From the NCBI GenBank assembly GCA_002633005.1, contig NMRA01000036.1:912440-976439 (forward strand): DNA of 64,000 bases. Reading direction: 5' to 3'. Shown piece after piece: positions 25,323-38,420 of the stretch. The notes beneath the pieces were generated by a model. The model was not told the DNA's origin. It did not search any database and saw only the letters and a list, made by a program, of their open reading frames with translations. The position numbers and the translations under genes were made by a program. This DNA comes from Phoronis australis (Eukaryota > Animalia > Phoronida). The number at the start of each line of letters is the position of its first letter. Positions within the stretch are counted from its first letter, which is position 1.

Positions 25323-26046
25323 CATGTCAAACAGGTTTCTATTAAAAAGACAGTGACGGCCTTCCATTTTGGAATGGGTTTGACATATTCTGCGTCACGT
25401 AGCCATTTTATTATTATTGAGTTTTGTCTTCTGCTTTTATCTGCCAAGTTGCTCAGAGGATCATTATGAAAATTAGCAAATGTGTATCCATCGACAAGAA
25501 CATGACAGACATTGATTTTTAGACGGGTGTGACTACACCAGTGCACCTAGTGGCATTTTTGCATGCAGGTGGTCAGATTCCTAAATCTGTTGCAGGATCT
25601 TTGTGAACTTTGGTAAGTGTATTCATATAAACTGGACAACAGAATCCGACTACTGATGTGCCTTCTAGTGACAATTTGATGTTTTACCTTGTCCTATCTT
25701 TGGGGTTCCTCGCTGATTTTTCATGAAATCTGTCAAACACGTCTTCTAATTGGTAGATGATGTCTTCTCATTTTTGGACTAGTTTGATGGATTTTGCGCC
25801 TTCTAATAGTCATTTTTATGATGTTAATAGATGTGGTGCAGCTGTTGGCTCATTTAATCACTGTTCGTTGAATGATCATTTTCAGATATGTTGAAATTGA
25901 AATATTCCCAAGGTAAAGATCTTGATTTTTCCCAAAAAGAATTTCCCCCTTAAAATTGTGGCCTTAACATGTCTTTTGACTGTGTGTTTTTCTATGCGGT
26001 GGGGTACAATTGGGTCACCTTGTCACAAATCCTTGTTTTCTTTTAG

Positions 26047-26215
26047 AACTTAAGACTGCCATCAATGACAAGAACACTGAACTCAGCGAGCTCTGCATCA
26101 AAGTGGACAACCTCAATACGACGTTGACTCTGGAACGAGAACAGAGAGATGAGCTGCAACAACATTACCAACAGAGAATTCGGGAGAAGCAGGTGGAATT
26201 CGATAAATATAGATG
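26047..26215 (+). CDS. CCDC57: CCDC57 coding exon 3
   Basis: ELKTAINDKNTELSELCIKVDNL..EFDKYR. TTTTAG/GTGAG, phase 1 to 2. Confidence 0.92.
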
Positions 26216-26875
26216 GTGAGAAAACGGAGGAAAGTCCTGGTCTCACACGTTGTTAACCCTTATTACATGGTTAGAGGATGTTATAAGGACCCAAGAAGTA
26301 CCGACCCCATAACTAATACACAATCCGTAATCAAATAAAGCTTAAATAAACACGCCACTCACGATTTGCACCCGAAGAACACACCGCCATTTTGAACTTA
26401 CCGCGAACCCGGAAGTACAATTCATTCAGGAACCCAGGCTAAGAAAATGCCGTCAGGGTGACTGGAGCAGTGCCTGTTACCAGCCTGCAAACGGGGGTAA
26501 AATAATTGACAGCGCGCCTTAATTTTAATGAAATCAAAATACGGAAATTTTATCGAATTTGTTGAAGAAATTTGGCGAATAAATTTTGACAGAAATTATT
26601 TTGCCAGACTCGGGTGCGGATCGAGACCAGACACTGGCGAACGATAAAGGCATGCGATTGCAAGCTGTTTTGTCGAAGTAAAATGTTCAAATCATAAATG
26701 CCGTATATATTCGAAGTAGTTTCAGACACTTGCATAAAATTTCGGGCTGGTTAGTCCTGTGTCACACTGCCGCGGCAGCCCTTAGCTAGCCTCAGTGCCA
26801 GCTACCAGTGAAGACTATTGTCAAAATACAGCTTGTTAGTAGGCCTAATCAGCCTTGTGCCAAGGCTACCCTTAG

Positions 26876-27190
26876 CAGTGGCGTATCCAGGATTTTGAGT
26901 TGGGAGGGGGCAGGGAACAGGAATCACCAGAATTTCGGCAGATGCGTGCGCCCAGCCTAAAACGTAGGGATGCAGGAGGTCTCGAATTTCTGGGTTTGCG
27001 GACCTTTTGACTAAAAAAGGTAAACGGGTTTTGTTCAGGGCCTATGCATTGTTTATTCACACCCCCCCCCCCCNATCCCCTGGTTGCGCGCATATGCTAG
27101 TCAGCAGTTCGCACCTGAACTGCCAAATGGTATCTGGTAGAATTTTAGGGGGGGCCATGGCCCCCTTGGCCCCCCCTAAATCCGCCACTG
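26876..27190. mobile_element. MITE with 5-bp target-site duplication
   Basis: CTTAG|CAGTGGCGTATCCAGG ... CCTAAATCCGCCACTG|CTTAG. Confidence 0.8.
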
Positions 27191-29428
27191 CTTAGGCCTA
27201 TCTGGTCACAGCGCTTGCTCAAATGAGGTTTATTTAGAACTTGGCGTCTTTGGGCGAAGTGTGCGAAGTTATTGGCTTTCAACAGAGATTTGCCCAGACT
27301 TTGCATGAGCGCACCAAGCCTAAAAAATGGAGGGGGGTTGGAGTTTTTAGGAATGTCTACCTTTTACTGTAAGATTCACTGGGTATGTTCAGAGCTATGA
27401 ATTGCAGAAGCTAAATTTTGGTACTTCCTGTCTTCTAGTAGACGTATGTCTCGTTTTCTACTTTTTTCGGAGTTCGTGCTTCTCTGACTGAGGCAACCCT
27501 TTTTCCATTTCACCAAATAGGGGACTCGTTCGAGCACATAAGTATGACAAGTCCAATACAAAATGTTACAATTTTTTATTCATTAAGCCAAAATGATTCA
27601 ACCTTTTGCCATAAAAAGTAACTTAAAATGCGCAATACTTTAATTACAACATTTAAACATTACAAACACTATTCAACAGCACAAGTTTCTATGATATGAA
27701 AGTGGACATACATGTATCTTTTACCATGGTGACCGAATAGTGTTTCCTTACACCAGAATTTGACAAGCATGATTTAAAAAAATATGAAGTTGCAAGGAAC
27801 TAGAATTGGAAGCTTGAAGCTTCACAATCCAACATAGCTTATTTCTCTAATTAAGATCATTCTTCATATTGTTGATTTGATAACCTGAATTAAGAAAGCA
27901 ATAAGTTACAAAACATGGCTTGAAAGAAATTGTGACACCTAATCAAGCCTTGAACAGCAATTGACAGTCAAACAAAAAACATTTCAATTTTCTAGCTTGT
28001 AAGATCATCTGAATGGGAAATTCACAGTAAAAGAATTCGAATATATCTTATATTTTTTGCACAAAAACACGAAAATTCAACAAAGTTCCTTTTTTGTAGC
28101 AACGTTTGTCAAAATGTGAACGTTAAATCTTCACAAATTACAAAGTAACAGGTTGAGCATGCCCTCCAGTTCAGCAAAAGTCGCCATGTTGTCGGTGCCG
28201 CCAGAAATGAGTCCAACGGGAATTGTGAGCACATTTATCACTTAATAAGTAACATCTGTGAGGCTGAAATGTGGTGAAAACTGTTGAATTGTGCAGAATT
28301 GTAAGTGAAGATATGTCTCACTAAATTTCACCGTAAATTTTTGGTTAAAACAATTTACACAAAGTTTTAAACTCGTAACTTATCTTGCTCTCCTCCAGTA
28401 TGTGATCCAAATTTCGCCACAAAAATCGCAATAACTTTACACTGCTTGCCTCGATTTTGATACTTTTTCAATTTTTACTTAGTAGGATGCACTACCTTTC
28501 CGATGATAGCAAAGTACTTTTTCAAAACGAAAAAAAATTCCAAACGAAAAAATTTGGTTCGGCTCGTATTGGTTCGACCGCCCAACATAACAGGAACTAA
28601 ACACCAATGCTATTTTAACATAATAAACAAAAGTACGCATAACATTCCAAAAAAATTCAACGACCACTAACTACAAATTAAAAATACACTATACACACAA
28701 ACGAGTCACGAGATATTACTAATAAAACAAAATAATGAAGGCTTTTTGGACAAGCGATAGCACAATCAGTTACAAGGAAAAAATAGCGGCATTCAGGACA
28801 AGTTCGTGAACTGACGAGCCGGAAATGTGGGTACAGAAATAACCGATGACTGCCGGTAATTATACGCTCACAGAGAAGGGTCAGATACTGTTAAAAAATT
28901 GCTTTTGGCAAGAAAGGCGAAAAGAATATAACGAAAGGGACTAAGATTTTATTTAGTAAGTATTTTCGGATACTGGAACCACATTGGCATTTTGAGACAA
29001 GGACTTAAAATGATTTTTATGTGCTCACATATACCATGTGTGGTCACATATTGCTGTCATCTCTGTACAGCGTTCGGGTGTTTGGCGACTGCAGATGTAT
29101 GTCTAAAACCTCTTGATAATGGTCAAGAAAGTTGGAAGATGTGTTCTTATGAAGTTCATGTAGTATTTTATGTTTGCCTCTGTATCTTTGACGTTTTTTG
29201 ATGGATTTTTCAGGAAATTTGGCTATTAAGAAGACGAAAATGCCTTCTGATTTTCAGACAGATTTGATGTATTTTGCACATCCTAGTTGCTGCTTGTATT
29301 ATTCCCCCATTTTCTATGTACAAAGACATCTTAATTTAATTTAATTTGTGATAAAGTTTCATGTTAATAATAGCTTTGCTGTTTGCAATAAACAAAGTAA
29401 GCTTTGAGGCTGTGAACTCTTTTGTTAG

Positions 29429-29550
29429 TGAGAAAGATCAAGAAGTCAAAGTTGAACGGGACCAACTGGAGTTGTACAAAAGGAACCTAGAGTGCCAGCT
29501 GCGTGAATTAGAGGAAGAATTCGAAGTACAGAAGCGGGAAATGAACACAG
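29429..29550 (+). CDS. CCDC57: CCDC57 coding exon 4
   Basis: EKDQEVKVERDQLELYKRNLECQLRELEEEFEVQKREMNT. TTAG/GTGAG, phase 2 to 1. Confidence 0.92.
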
Positions 29551-29709
29551 GTGAGACAATAGCAGGTGTTGCAAAAGGCACAATATATTGACTTTAAATC
29601 ATAGCTTTAACGGATTTGACAAATTTTTCGTGATACATGGCACATAGGTTTTTTAAAGAGGTAACAGTCAGTTGAGTGTGATGTATCATATGTCACCTAG
29701 TGGCCACTT

Positions 29710-31253
29710 TTTATGCGCCCACATATTTATATGTGGACGCATTATGCCGTCATCTCTATCCGTCCGTCCGGGCGGCGTCCGTCCGGCGTCTGGCGTCCGG
29801 CGTCCGCTGCTCTATCTCCAAATCCTTTGACATACGTTCATGAAATTTGGCACATATGTTCCATTCATGAATGGGACGGCATGTGCGAACTTTCGGACGG
29901 ATCCGACTACCGGTGTGCCCCCTAGTGGCAATTTTAGTTTTTTACTCTTACCTTTGTATCTTCAAAATTCCTGAACGGATTTTCATGAAATTTGGTATGT
30001 AGGCACCTATTAGTGAGATGACGCTATCCTGTCGTTTTCAGATGGATTCGACATAGTTTGCGCCACCTAGTGGCCATTTTTAGTGTTTTCGAGTCTGTTT
30101 TTGTGCGTCCACCCCTCTATCAACCAAACCGCTCAAAGGATGATTGTGAAAATTGGCATGTATATGCTTACTATGTAGAGGACGGTTGACGATGATTTTC
30201 CGACGATTTCGACTACTGTGGCGCCTCCTAGTGGCAGTTTTGTTTTTTTGCGCCTATGGCTGTATCTCCTAAACCGTTCGCAGGATCTTTACAAATTGTG
30301 TAAGTATATTTATATGATGTTAACAACGGAAGATGACGACTTTTGGTCGGATCCGACTACCGGTGTGCCCCCTAGTGGCAATTTTAGTTTTTTACGCTTA
30401 CCTTTGTATCTTCAAAAGTATTGAACGGATTTTCATGAAATTTGGTATGTAGGCACCTATTAGTGAGATGACGCTATCCTACTGTTTTCAGATGGATTCG
30501 ACGTAGTTTGCGCCACCTAGTGGCCATTTTTACTGTTTTCGAGTCTGTATTTTTGCGTCCACCCCTCTATCAACCAAACCGCTCAAAGGATGATTGTGAA
30601 AATTGGCGTGTATGTGCTTACTATAAGGAAGACAGCTGACAATGATTTTCAGACGATTTGGACTACTGTGGCGCCTCCTAGTGGCAGTTTTTTTTTTTTG
30701 CGCCCATGGCTGTATCTCCCAAACCGTTTGCAGGATCTTTACTAAATTTAGCAAGTGTATTTATGTGATGTTGACAACGGACGATGACGACTTTAGGATG
30801 ATTCTGACTACCGGTATGCCTCTAGTGGCAATTTTAGTATTTGCCTCTAGTGGCAATTTTAGTATTTTACATTGACCTCTGTATTTTCATAGGTCTTCAG
30901 GTGTATACTTTGTGTTACTTCGTGACTATGAAGGAAAAGTTCCAAGTAGAAATTTGTTTCTGGCTTTCTAATGCTGTGCTAATCTCGTATGTTGGTAAAT
31001 TTGTTTTTAATTCTATGTTTCTGTGGTGCTTTAAGCAACTGGTGTATAGGATGTGCTTGTATTATGAAGATTACTCACATTTTGCCCCTAGCCTATTGAG
31101 GAGACAATGACTTATGCCTTTCCATTTTGCAAAGTACAACATACTACATATATACCCTCTACTGGCCACTTTATGGTACCAATAAACAACCCTAGAAGGA
31201 TACCGTATGCGGTGCAATTGTGGGCGCATTTCAACGCCCTGCGTTGCTCTTGT
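29710..31253 (+). mobile_element. Full-length Helentron-associated non-autonomous element (HINE/DINE-1-like)
   Basis: Inserted in a T run. 5' subTIR ATGCGCCCAC with nearby inverted copy, (CCGT)n-type microsatellite, two ~450-bp internal tandem units (~29900-30830), 3' subTIR GTGGGCGCAT, hairpin CAACGC-CCT-GCGTTG, terminus CTCTTGT. Confidence 0.85.
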
Positions 31254-32378
31254 ATTATTTTGAGTCTGTTTTTTGGCAACCGCTCTCTATTGGCCACATC
31301 ACTTTTAAGGATCAATATGAGAATTGACATTTTTGTTCCTACTGGAAAGTGCATGGCTTACGACAATTTTCAAATAGTTCTCGATTGCGTGTCGCCCTCT
31401 TGTGGAAATTTTACATTTTTTCTCTGAGCTCTTTTGTGGTTCATCATAAATTTTGGCATGTGTTTCTATTGAGAGAGGCTGCTTGGGTTAATGCCAAGAA
31501 CCCTCTTTAAATAGACACGGAAGCATCAGACTTAAGTTGTCTGATACGTGGTCCAGGGCCTTGCAGTTGTTGTCTATTAACACTGGTAGAGGGTGACTTT
31601 TTGCTGGAAACATTCAGTAGTCAATCCCCAGTAAAAAGACCCAGGCAACTCCACAATGTTGGGGAAAATTATTTTGCAGTAAGTTCCAGAGGTTGTGATA
31701 TATATTTTTTTTTTTTATTTTCTCTGTGTTTCTGTTTGCAAGCTACGCAGTTCATTTCTAATCTGAGTGACATGAAATTTACCCATAGCATATGTCTTGC
31801 CATTGGCTTAAAGCCTAGTAGTTTTTATTGAAATATAACAAAAGATGTTGTTGTGCCGTCCATTTTTCGATTTGTTTACTTGTAGAGTTACACCTCTGCT
31901 TTCCTTTAAGGATCTTTCTGAGATTTAGTGTGAAGGTAGATCTTGTTAAGTGCTATCAGGAATGTTGCATCTGTTTTTGCTATGGCTTAGTGTTCTCAAG
32001 TTGTTTGAGATTTTCTGATAATAGTACAGTAACTGCTCTTTTATTGAACGATGCCTTGCTGCACTTTTGTTGGTTTATATATTGTAGATGACTAATTTGT
32101 AACTTGATGTTTCACCATTTATGAGCAGCTTATTCTCATCACCCTCATCTTCATCAAATAGTGTCTGATGTTAAATGTTAATCATTCAATTTCATAGTTA
32201 TGCTATCTTCATTGACACACATGTGATACCAGTGCTTTTTTCGTGAAGTCTGCTGGGACGTTTTCTCATGTTTGCCTAGGAATTCTCATGTGATTATGAG
32301 ATCTGTGCAACCTGGGCTGTCACGTGAATCCTCTTTTCCTGCAGCAAGCTAAATAGTTTTGTCTTCTAAACTTTCTAG

Positions 32379-32467
32379 GCTTTGAATCTGCTATAAAAAA
32401 ACAGGAGCAGGCACACAAGCTTCTGGTTGACAAACTCAACGCAACTGTACAAGCTCACGAGATGAAG
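32379..32467 (+). CDS. CCDC57: CCDC57 coding exon 5
   Basis: GFESAIKKQEQAHKLLVDKLNATVQAHEMK. CTAG/GTAAT, phase 1 to 0. Confidence 0.92.
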
Positions 32468-33006
32468 GTAATATAACTGTGTTTTGTGCAAGTAATAATT
32501 TGACGTAATTCGGCCACATTATTTGTTGGGTCTGAAGGCTTTCATGGTTTTCTTATTTGTAGTTTTCACAAGTTCTTAATGTTCTGTATGCTGAGCTGTT
32601 TTCACCTTCACGTTAGAGACTTAGAAGAGCAGAGACCGGGCTGCATGAAATGAATTGATCCAAACTTGCCAGGCTGAAAAAAGTTTGTGTGTGCAAAGTG
32701 TATTGTAGCACTACTGCACTGCCTTCTTCTCAATACATTGCAGTTGTCACCAGTGCAATTGAGTATACTCCCAGTAAGGATAGAATGTGTTCTTAACACG
32801 AAACCAACCACAATGACAATGCATGAGCATTATGAAAATGTCAGTTGCAGTCATGATTGGTGTGTTATACACATGTGTACAAGAGTTGAAATAAAATGCA
32901 TGTTTGTTATACCTTTGACTTTGGGTTTTTGGACTTGCATGTGTCTCTTTTGTGTATTCAGTTGTACTGTGTGTAATTTAGAAGTTTTTGGCAATTAACG
33001 TGTCAG

Positions 33007-33164
33007 GTAAAACTTCTGAGCAAGGAGCTAGAACAGTTAAAGTCGACTCAAGAGAAGGAGGGAGAAGAGTTAAGTTGTATGGAGGGCCAACAGAGGGAGC
33101 TGGAGAAAGCACTCAAGCAGGCAAGATGGCAACTGGAGGACACAAAGGCAATGAATGGTGCAAG
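33007..33164 (+). CDS. CCDC57: CCDC57 coding exon 6
   Basis: VKLLSKELEQLK..WQLEDTKAMNGAR (cf. human VKLLHKELEALK). Phase 0 to 2. Confidence 0.93.
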
Positions 33165-33402
33165 GTGGGAAGTGGTCATTGGTTCAACTTTGAGTTCCAG
33201 CAACAAGAAAACACACGGAAAGAACAGATTCAGTTATTTGAAATGTGTGATTTATTAAACAAAAAGTATAAGAGCTTGATCAGTTAAGCAGCAGTGCTGC
33301 GGTTTTTGTAAATAATATATAAGGGATGTTTTTGTCAGTTGTCTCGAGCAGTTTGTGACACAATTACTGATGCTGTATAGTTAACTGTGGCAACACTTGC
33401 AG

Positions 33403-33477
33403 AATAAGTGAACTGGAGACTGTAGCCCAGCAAACTGAAATGTTAATGAAACGGCAGAGAGAAGAGTTTCAGAGAAA
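33403..33477 (+). CDS. CCDC57: CCDC57 coding exon 7
   Basis: ISELETVAQQTEMLMKRQREEFQRK. GCAG/GTAAGT, phase 2 to 2. Confidence 0.92.
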
Positions 33478-34708
33478 GTAAGTAGTCAGTCTGTTATGTA
33501 ATGCATTGTGACATACTTGTCTGGCTTAATGCTCATGTTCGACCAAATGTATCCACCCACAATTTTCCATTTCACACACCCACTCTCAATTTATACAGCC
33601 AAATCTTGCGATTACTTAAATTACCCATGCACACCTCATCTCCTGAAATGCACACAATTCGCTTGTCTTGCACATTGTCTGCATTCTGTCCAATTTTTAT
33701 ACATCTTCTTTTTCAGGCACACACGCATGCATATGTATGTGGATATATATTTATATCAAACGAGCACATATGCATATAGTGGTGTGGTTGGCCATAGTTT
33801 TACATACATTTAATTTGTAAATGATGGAACAAACTATGCATTTTAACTGTTTTGACTAAGGGTAATGTATTTTGACTGAGGGCAATGCAGTTTTATGAAG
33901 GTTATGTATTTTAGCTTGTATTTGCTTGTACCTCATGTGTACGTAAAGTACGATACTCATCTGCCTTTTAGTGTGGCATATTTTTCAAGTTCATGTGTGA
34001 TAAAGATTACAGGTTCAACAGGTGCCATGGAAGAAAGAGTTATTTTGGCTACTTTCGTTCCCAAAGTTTGAATTTCTAAAAGTAGGCCCATACTCATATA
34101 TTTTTTTAAAATCCTTGGTGATCACTCAATCTTTTTGTTCTTAAAAGCAATGGCATATTTTTATAATTGTGTGAGTTCTCAAACTTATTATTTTTCTCAG
34201 ACATGATGTTTTTTCTTTAGTTTATTTGCTAAAAGTTGAGTGTCTGAATGAACAATTGTACTTCATAACATCAGTGTATATTGAGGCGTCCTCAGCTGGT
34301 AATTATATACTTATTCTTGATTGTTGGTATCCCGATCTGTACAGAGTGGCTATTTAATATATAGCTATTTCCATACAGTTCACTGTCTTATCTAACTGGG
34401 CAATATTTGAGGAAGGAGAGCATTGGTGGAGGCCGGAAGGAGAAACAAAAATCTAATGATCATGAAATCAAATAATTTAAGTGCATGATGACCTAAACAC
34501 GTAATGTGGTTTGCATCCAAGACATTGAATTTATTACCCTATGGAACATATTTGCCTGCCATTTGACATCCTGCTTTCCAAAACTCAAGATAGTTTAAAG
34601 ATATTGGGAAAGAAGATCCCTGTCAAATCAAAGTAGATGGTAATTTTTGGCCGTGATATGAGTAGCAATAAATGCATGCATGACACGTGCATTTTCTAAA
34701 TGTTTTAG

Positions 34709-34909
34709 GTATGCTGAAATGGACAGACAGAGCCGTGAGCATGCGTCATGCCTGACCAAGGCCAAGAAAGCCCATTGCACAAGAGAGGGAGAGTTACAGG
34801 CCTCTCTCAACCACTTGCAGAGTAAACTGGAGGAGGGGGAGATAGAGATGAGAAGACAAGGCTGGAGTCATTCTGATGCAATAAAGGAGAAAGATGTTGT
34901 TATTGAAAA
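34709..34909 (+). CDS. CCDC57: CCDC57 coding exon 8
   Basis: YAEMDRQSRE..EMRRQGWSHSDAIKEKDVVIE (cf. human RRAEW..D..KEKDAAI). Phase 2 to 2. Confidence 0.93.
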
Positions 34910-34974
34910 GTTTGTGGATGAGTTTTTCATTCCTGTTAATGCTCAATTGTATTTCCTCCATAGCTCGCTCCTGT

Positions 34975-35300
34975 CACCTCTTTTTGAGGCGGAATATCTT
35001 GGCGTTACTATTTCCAACAATCTCACCTGGAATTCTCATATTAATACAACAGCGACCTCTGTTAGTAAAACTCTTAGCTTTCTGAGATGAAGCAGTTATC
35101 AAAATTAAAGATATAGCTTATGCTGCTCTAATCTGCTCAAAACTAGAGTACTGTCCAGCAGTATGGTCAACTCACACAAAAGCTCCCACTCACAAGATTG
35201 AAGTGGTGCAGCGACAAGCTGCAAGATTTGCGGTGAATAGATACCACAATACTTTCTTAGTCGGTGAAATGATCAAATCATTTAACCTCTAACACTCCTT
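34975..35300 (+). mobile_element. LINE RT C-terminal fragment (RTEX/CR1-like)
   Basis: YLGVTISNNLTWNSHIN..KTLSFLR, then AYAALI.SKLEYCPAVW..KIEVVQRQAARF. Confidence 0.85.
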
Positions 35301-36055
35301 CCCCTCTACAACAATCTTCTGGAACAACCTATGTGCCCACATCGTTGGTGCTGCCTCTCTGGATCACTTCCAGAGAGTCTTCCTCATGTTAGACATCACT
35401 GCACTTCGTGCACATTGCACTTCTCCCTCACACTACACTTTTGTGCATTACACACATCTCACCATAACACTTTTAATTTCATAACACGCACCACTTCAAA
35501 ATACTCGACTTTGAGTGTGAAGTTTTTGAAAAGTCGAAGCAGTTCCAAGCTTTTTATTTCATTCAAAACTGATTATTGAATAATTATGTAACAACATAAA
35601 TCAGACAAGTTTTTCTTTTGAAATGTACAATGCATCATTCCCGTGCAATCCTGACAATTAGGGTCTGCAGCGCTGAAGTTGTGACAATTTGGGACTGTGT
35701 GACAGTTGGAGCCTGCACTGGTTCAACAGAGCACTGACTCAACTTTGGCACCTCATAGATTTTTTTTGAATTTGGAAAAGAAGTTTCTATCAAGGAGCTG
35801 ACGTTTTTATTTTTTTGGACGGATTGGACATATTCTGTGGCACCTAGTAAACCTTTTTTGGAGTTCAATTTTAGTGTCTGACAGGTCTGACAACTGTGGC
35901 ACCCCGCAGTGGTGACTTTTGTTTTCTTATGTACACGATTGTATCTCCTTAATCCTCTGCAGGATCTTTTTGAAATTTTCCTGTAAATGTGAGAATAGCT
36001 ACCCACGTGTAACTTGACAGGCAGTCTTTAAATGACTTATATTTCAATGATTTAG

Positions 36056-36214
36056 ATTACAAGATGAACTGAACAAAGTAAAGGAAAAATGGAGCACCCA
36101 TGTGGCAGAGACATCACGCAACACTGTCGAGCGAGATTTGGAAATGCAATCACTGCGAGACAACGATGAGAAACAAAAGACGAGCCTAGCCTGTGTGAAG
36201 CAAGACATTGTGAG
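36056..36214 (+). CDS. CCDC57: CCDC57 coding exon 9
   Basis: LQDELNKVKEKWSTHVAETSRNTVERDLEMQSL..KQDIVR. Phase 2 to 2. Confidence 0.92.
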
Positions 36215-37150
36215 GTGGTATATTACGTACATATAGTTCTCAATTATTTTATGATAGGATGACTTTTGATTGGCCTGTATTTACAATGCACCAGACATAT
36301 GGAGAGGGGATATTCATTATTTTCTTTAGATGTATGTTTGATTAAAATGGAGCTTGATAATCTATATCCTGGGGCTGTGTCTGGACAGCCTCATAATTTT
36401 GTGCAGCTCTTGATCACATGCTTTTGGCCCAGTTTTGTGAGCGCTGTACACTGAACGATTTCCTATTTCCATCAGCTTTTTATGCATTCATAATCCGTTT
36501 GTGGGTGCATATTGCAGTCATCTCTGCCTGGACGTCTGGTTTCTGCTGCAGCTGTATCTCCTAAAGCCCTTGCAGGATTTGATGAGATTTAGCACATATA
36601 TTATTTAGAGCTGATGGCACACGAGGACAAGTTTGGCCCAGTCCAACTACCGTTGCGCTCCCTAGTGACAGCTTTTTTACATTTTGCCTCTGTATTTTTG
36701 GACTTACTTGATGTATTTTTAGTGAAATTGGCAAATAAGGTTCTATTAAGAAGACATCACCTTCCCATTTGACATGCTTTGCGTCTCCTATTGGCAATTT
36801 TCAAGTTCATGTTTGGCTCTGGCCTCTCTATCTGCCTACTGCTCAAACCCACCAAACTGCAAAAAGGTATTTGCAAGGCAATTCAATTTGTTCATTGTAA
36901 AATCTGACTCATTCAGTATATGATATTGTGGATAACATTTTCTTATATTTTTATGCATCCTCATATATATCTACTGTCATCTCTTTCCGTCCACTGTATA
37001 GACTTGTTAGTTGTTTACGAAATTTTGCGGACAAGTTCCTACCATAGATAGGACAGCGCGAGCGGACATATTCGACTACCACTGCCCCCTACTGGCAATT
37101 TGTGATATTTTACAGTAATTTAGTTCTATCCTTCTCGTTTTCTGTTTCAG

Positions 37151-37313
37151 GTACAAAAAAGATCTCAAAGACTCAATAGAGAGAGAGGCTGCGCTGGAGA
37201 GGTCTAAGGCCCAGCTGGATATTGACTGGCAACGAAGGTATGAGGACACACAGAGGAGCATGTACACCCAATCAGAAGAACTAGTCAGCAGTCTGACCAC
37301 AGCTCATAACCAT
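37151..37313 (+). CDS. CCDC57: CCDC57 coding exon 10
   Basis: YKKDLKDSIEREAALERSKAQLDIDWQRRYED..SEELVSSL (cf. human YKQQL..ERERSLER..QLGLDWQRR). Phase 2 to 0. Confidence 0.95.
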
Positions 37314-37369
37314 GTAGGTACAGCCTGTTTCAACTTTGTGAATTGGTGTTAACTAAGGCTTGACAAGAT

Positions 37370-38066
37370 ATTGCTTGGATCGACTCTCTTAATATCATTC
37401 CTTTTACTAGATTATTGGCCTCCCTGTCAATGATAGTTACACCCGACCAGTCAATGATGTGGTTTTCTCTAGCTGTATGGTCTGTGATTGCAGATTTATT
37501 AATACTCACTTAAAGACGCTTTTCTAGTGGCTCTGGTGAAGGTTTCATTAACAGTCATCTCCTCAACCTCTTTTTGATGTTCCTTGAGACGATATTTAAA
37601 ATTCGTAGAAGTCTTGCCAATATATGTTCGATCATAGGAGGAGCAAAGTATTTTGTAGACAACATCACTAGAAGTTTTAATGTCCCGTTTATCCTTCAGA
37701 TGTACCAACACACTCCGCAAGGTCGTGTGTGGCTTCATCACCGTTCTGATACCTTACTTCCTGTACACTCTACTCAGAGCCTCAGAATCGCCCTTGATAT
37801 ACGGTTTCATTGCTGGACCCCTGGTGTCGTCCTCATCCTTCTTTTCTGACAAATTTACTACAGATATACATTTCGACAAAGCCCATTTTGGGTAAACACA
37901 CCATGGGAAAGCTGTATCTATAGGAGTCTCTTTCTCCAACCTGTCCTGATGGTCACACACTTATGTATGGTTCCTATTATTAATAGTGCACACAAATCAA
38001 TTCTTACACTTTGATTCGTATCATCCGATCCATCAGGAGTTGGCCGTTGTTCATACTATGTATGAC
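37370..38066 (-). mobile_element. Penelope-like retroelement fragment (GIY-YIG endonuclease plus RT thumb) with an inverted 5' piece
   Basis: Minus: C.YPKWA..PYIKGDSEALSRVY..LRSVLVHLKDK..VVYKILCSSYDRTYIGKT..RLKEH..AITDH..NHIIDW. Plus at ~37988-38066: HTNQFLHFDSYHPIHQELAVVHTM. Confidence 0.9.
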
Positions 38067-38159
38067 ATTACAGGGTACAATGTAGGTCAAATCTGTTGGT
38101 GAATATTGGACATCCAGTCCATTAAATATATGCGAAAAAATTAAAAATGATATTGGACT

Positions 38160-38420
38160 TAATTTCAACTGCGTGTCGTTGCGTCCTCTGCGAGGACTTT
38201 CACTAGCAACTGCTGTGGTGGTGTTCAGTTGAGCACGTAATCGGTGGGAAATGAAACACAGCTCGCTGTCCCATGTCCTGGAGAGTTAGAATTTTAGTCC
38301 AGATTGGCGACTCAAAGAGGGGCATTCAACACCTTTATAGACAGATTCCTTAACACCACGTCTGTACCAATTTTACTCAAGATCCAACATGCGTACATCA
38401 CTGGTGTCAAATGAATGCTG
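38160..38420 (+). repeat. Interspersed repeat with a second copy at ~56650-56810
   Basis: Both share ATTTCAACTG..AGGACTTTCACTAGC..GTGGTGGTGTTC..CAAGATCCAA.ATGC..TGTCAAATGAATG. Confidence 0.7.

Noticed and set aside
27376-27561. Chromodomain-like YLVKWK motif as a host gene
   Set aside because: Short isolated match without the rest of the domain or splice support; kept only as a possible TE trace.
29713-31427. Cluster of short ORFs in intron 4 (and similar ones at 43447-45014)
   Set aside because: They are chance ORFs inside non-coding HINE tandem units with no recognisable domain.
32988-33287. ORF-track protein MAINVSGKTSEQG...
   Set aside because: It is an alternative frame over CCDC57 exon 6; the spliced frame VKLLSKELEQ is the homologous one.
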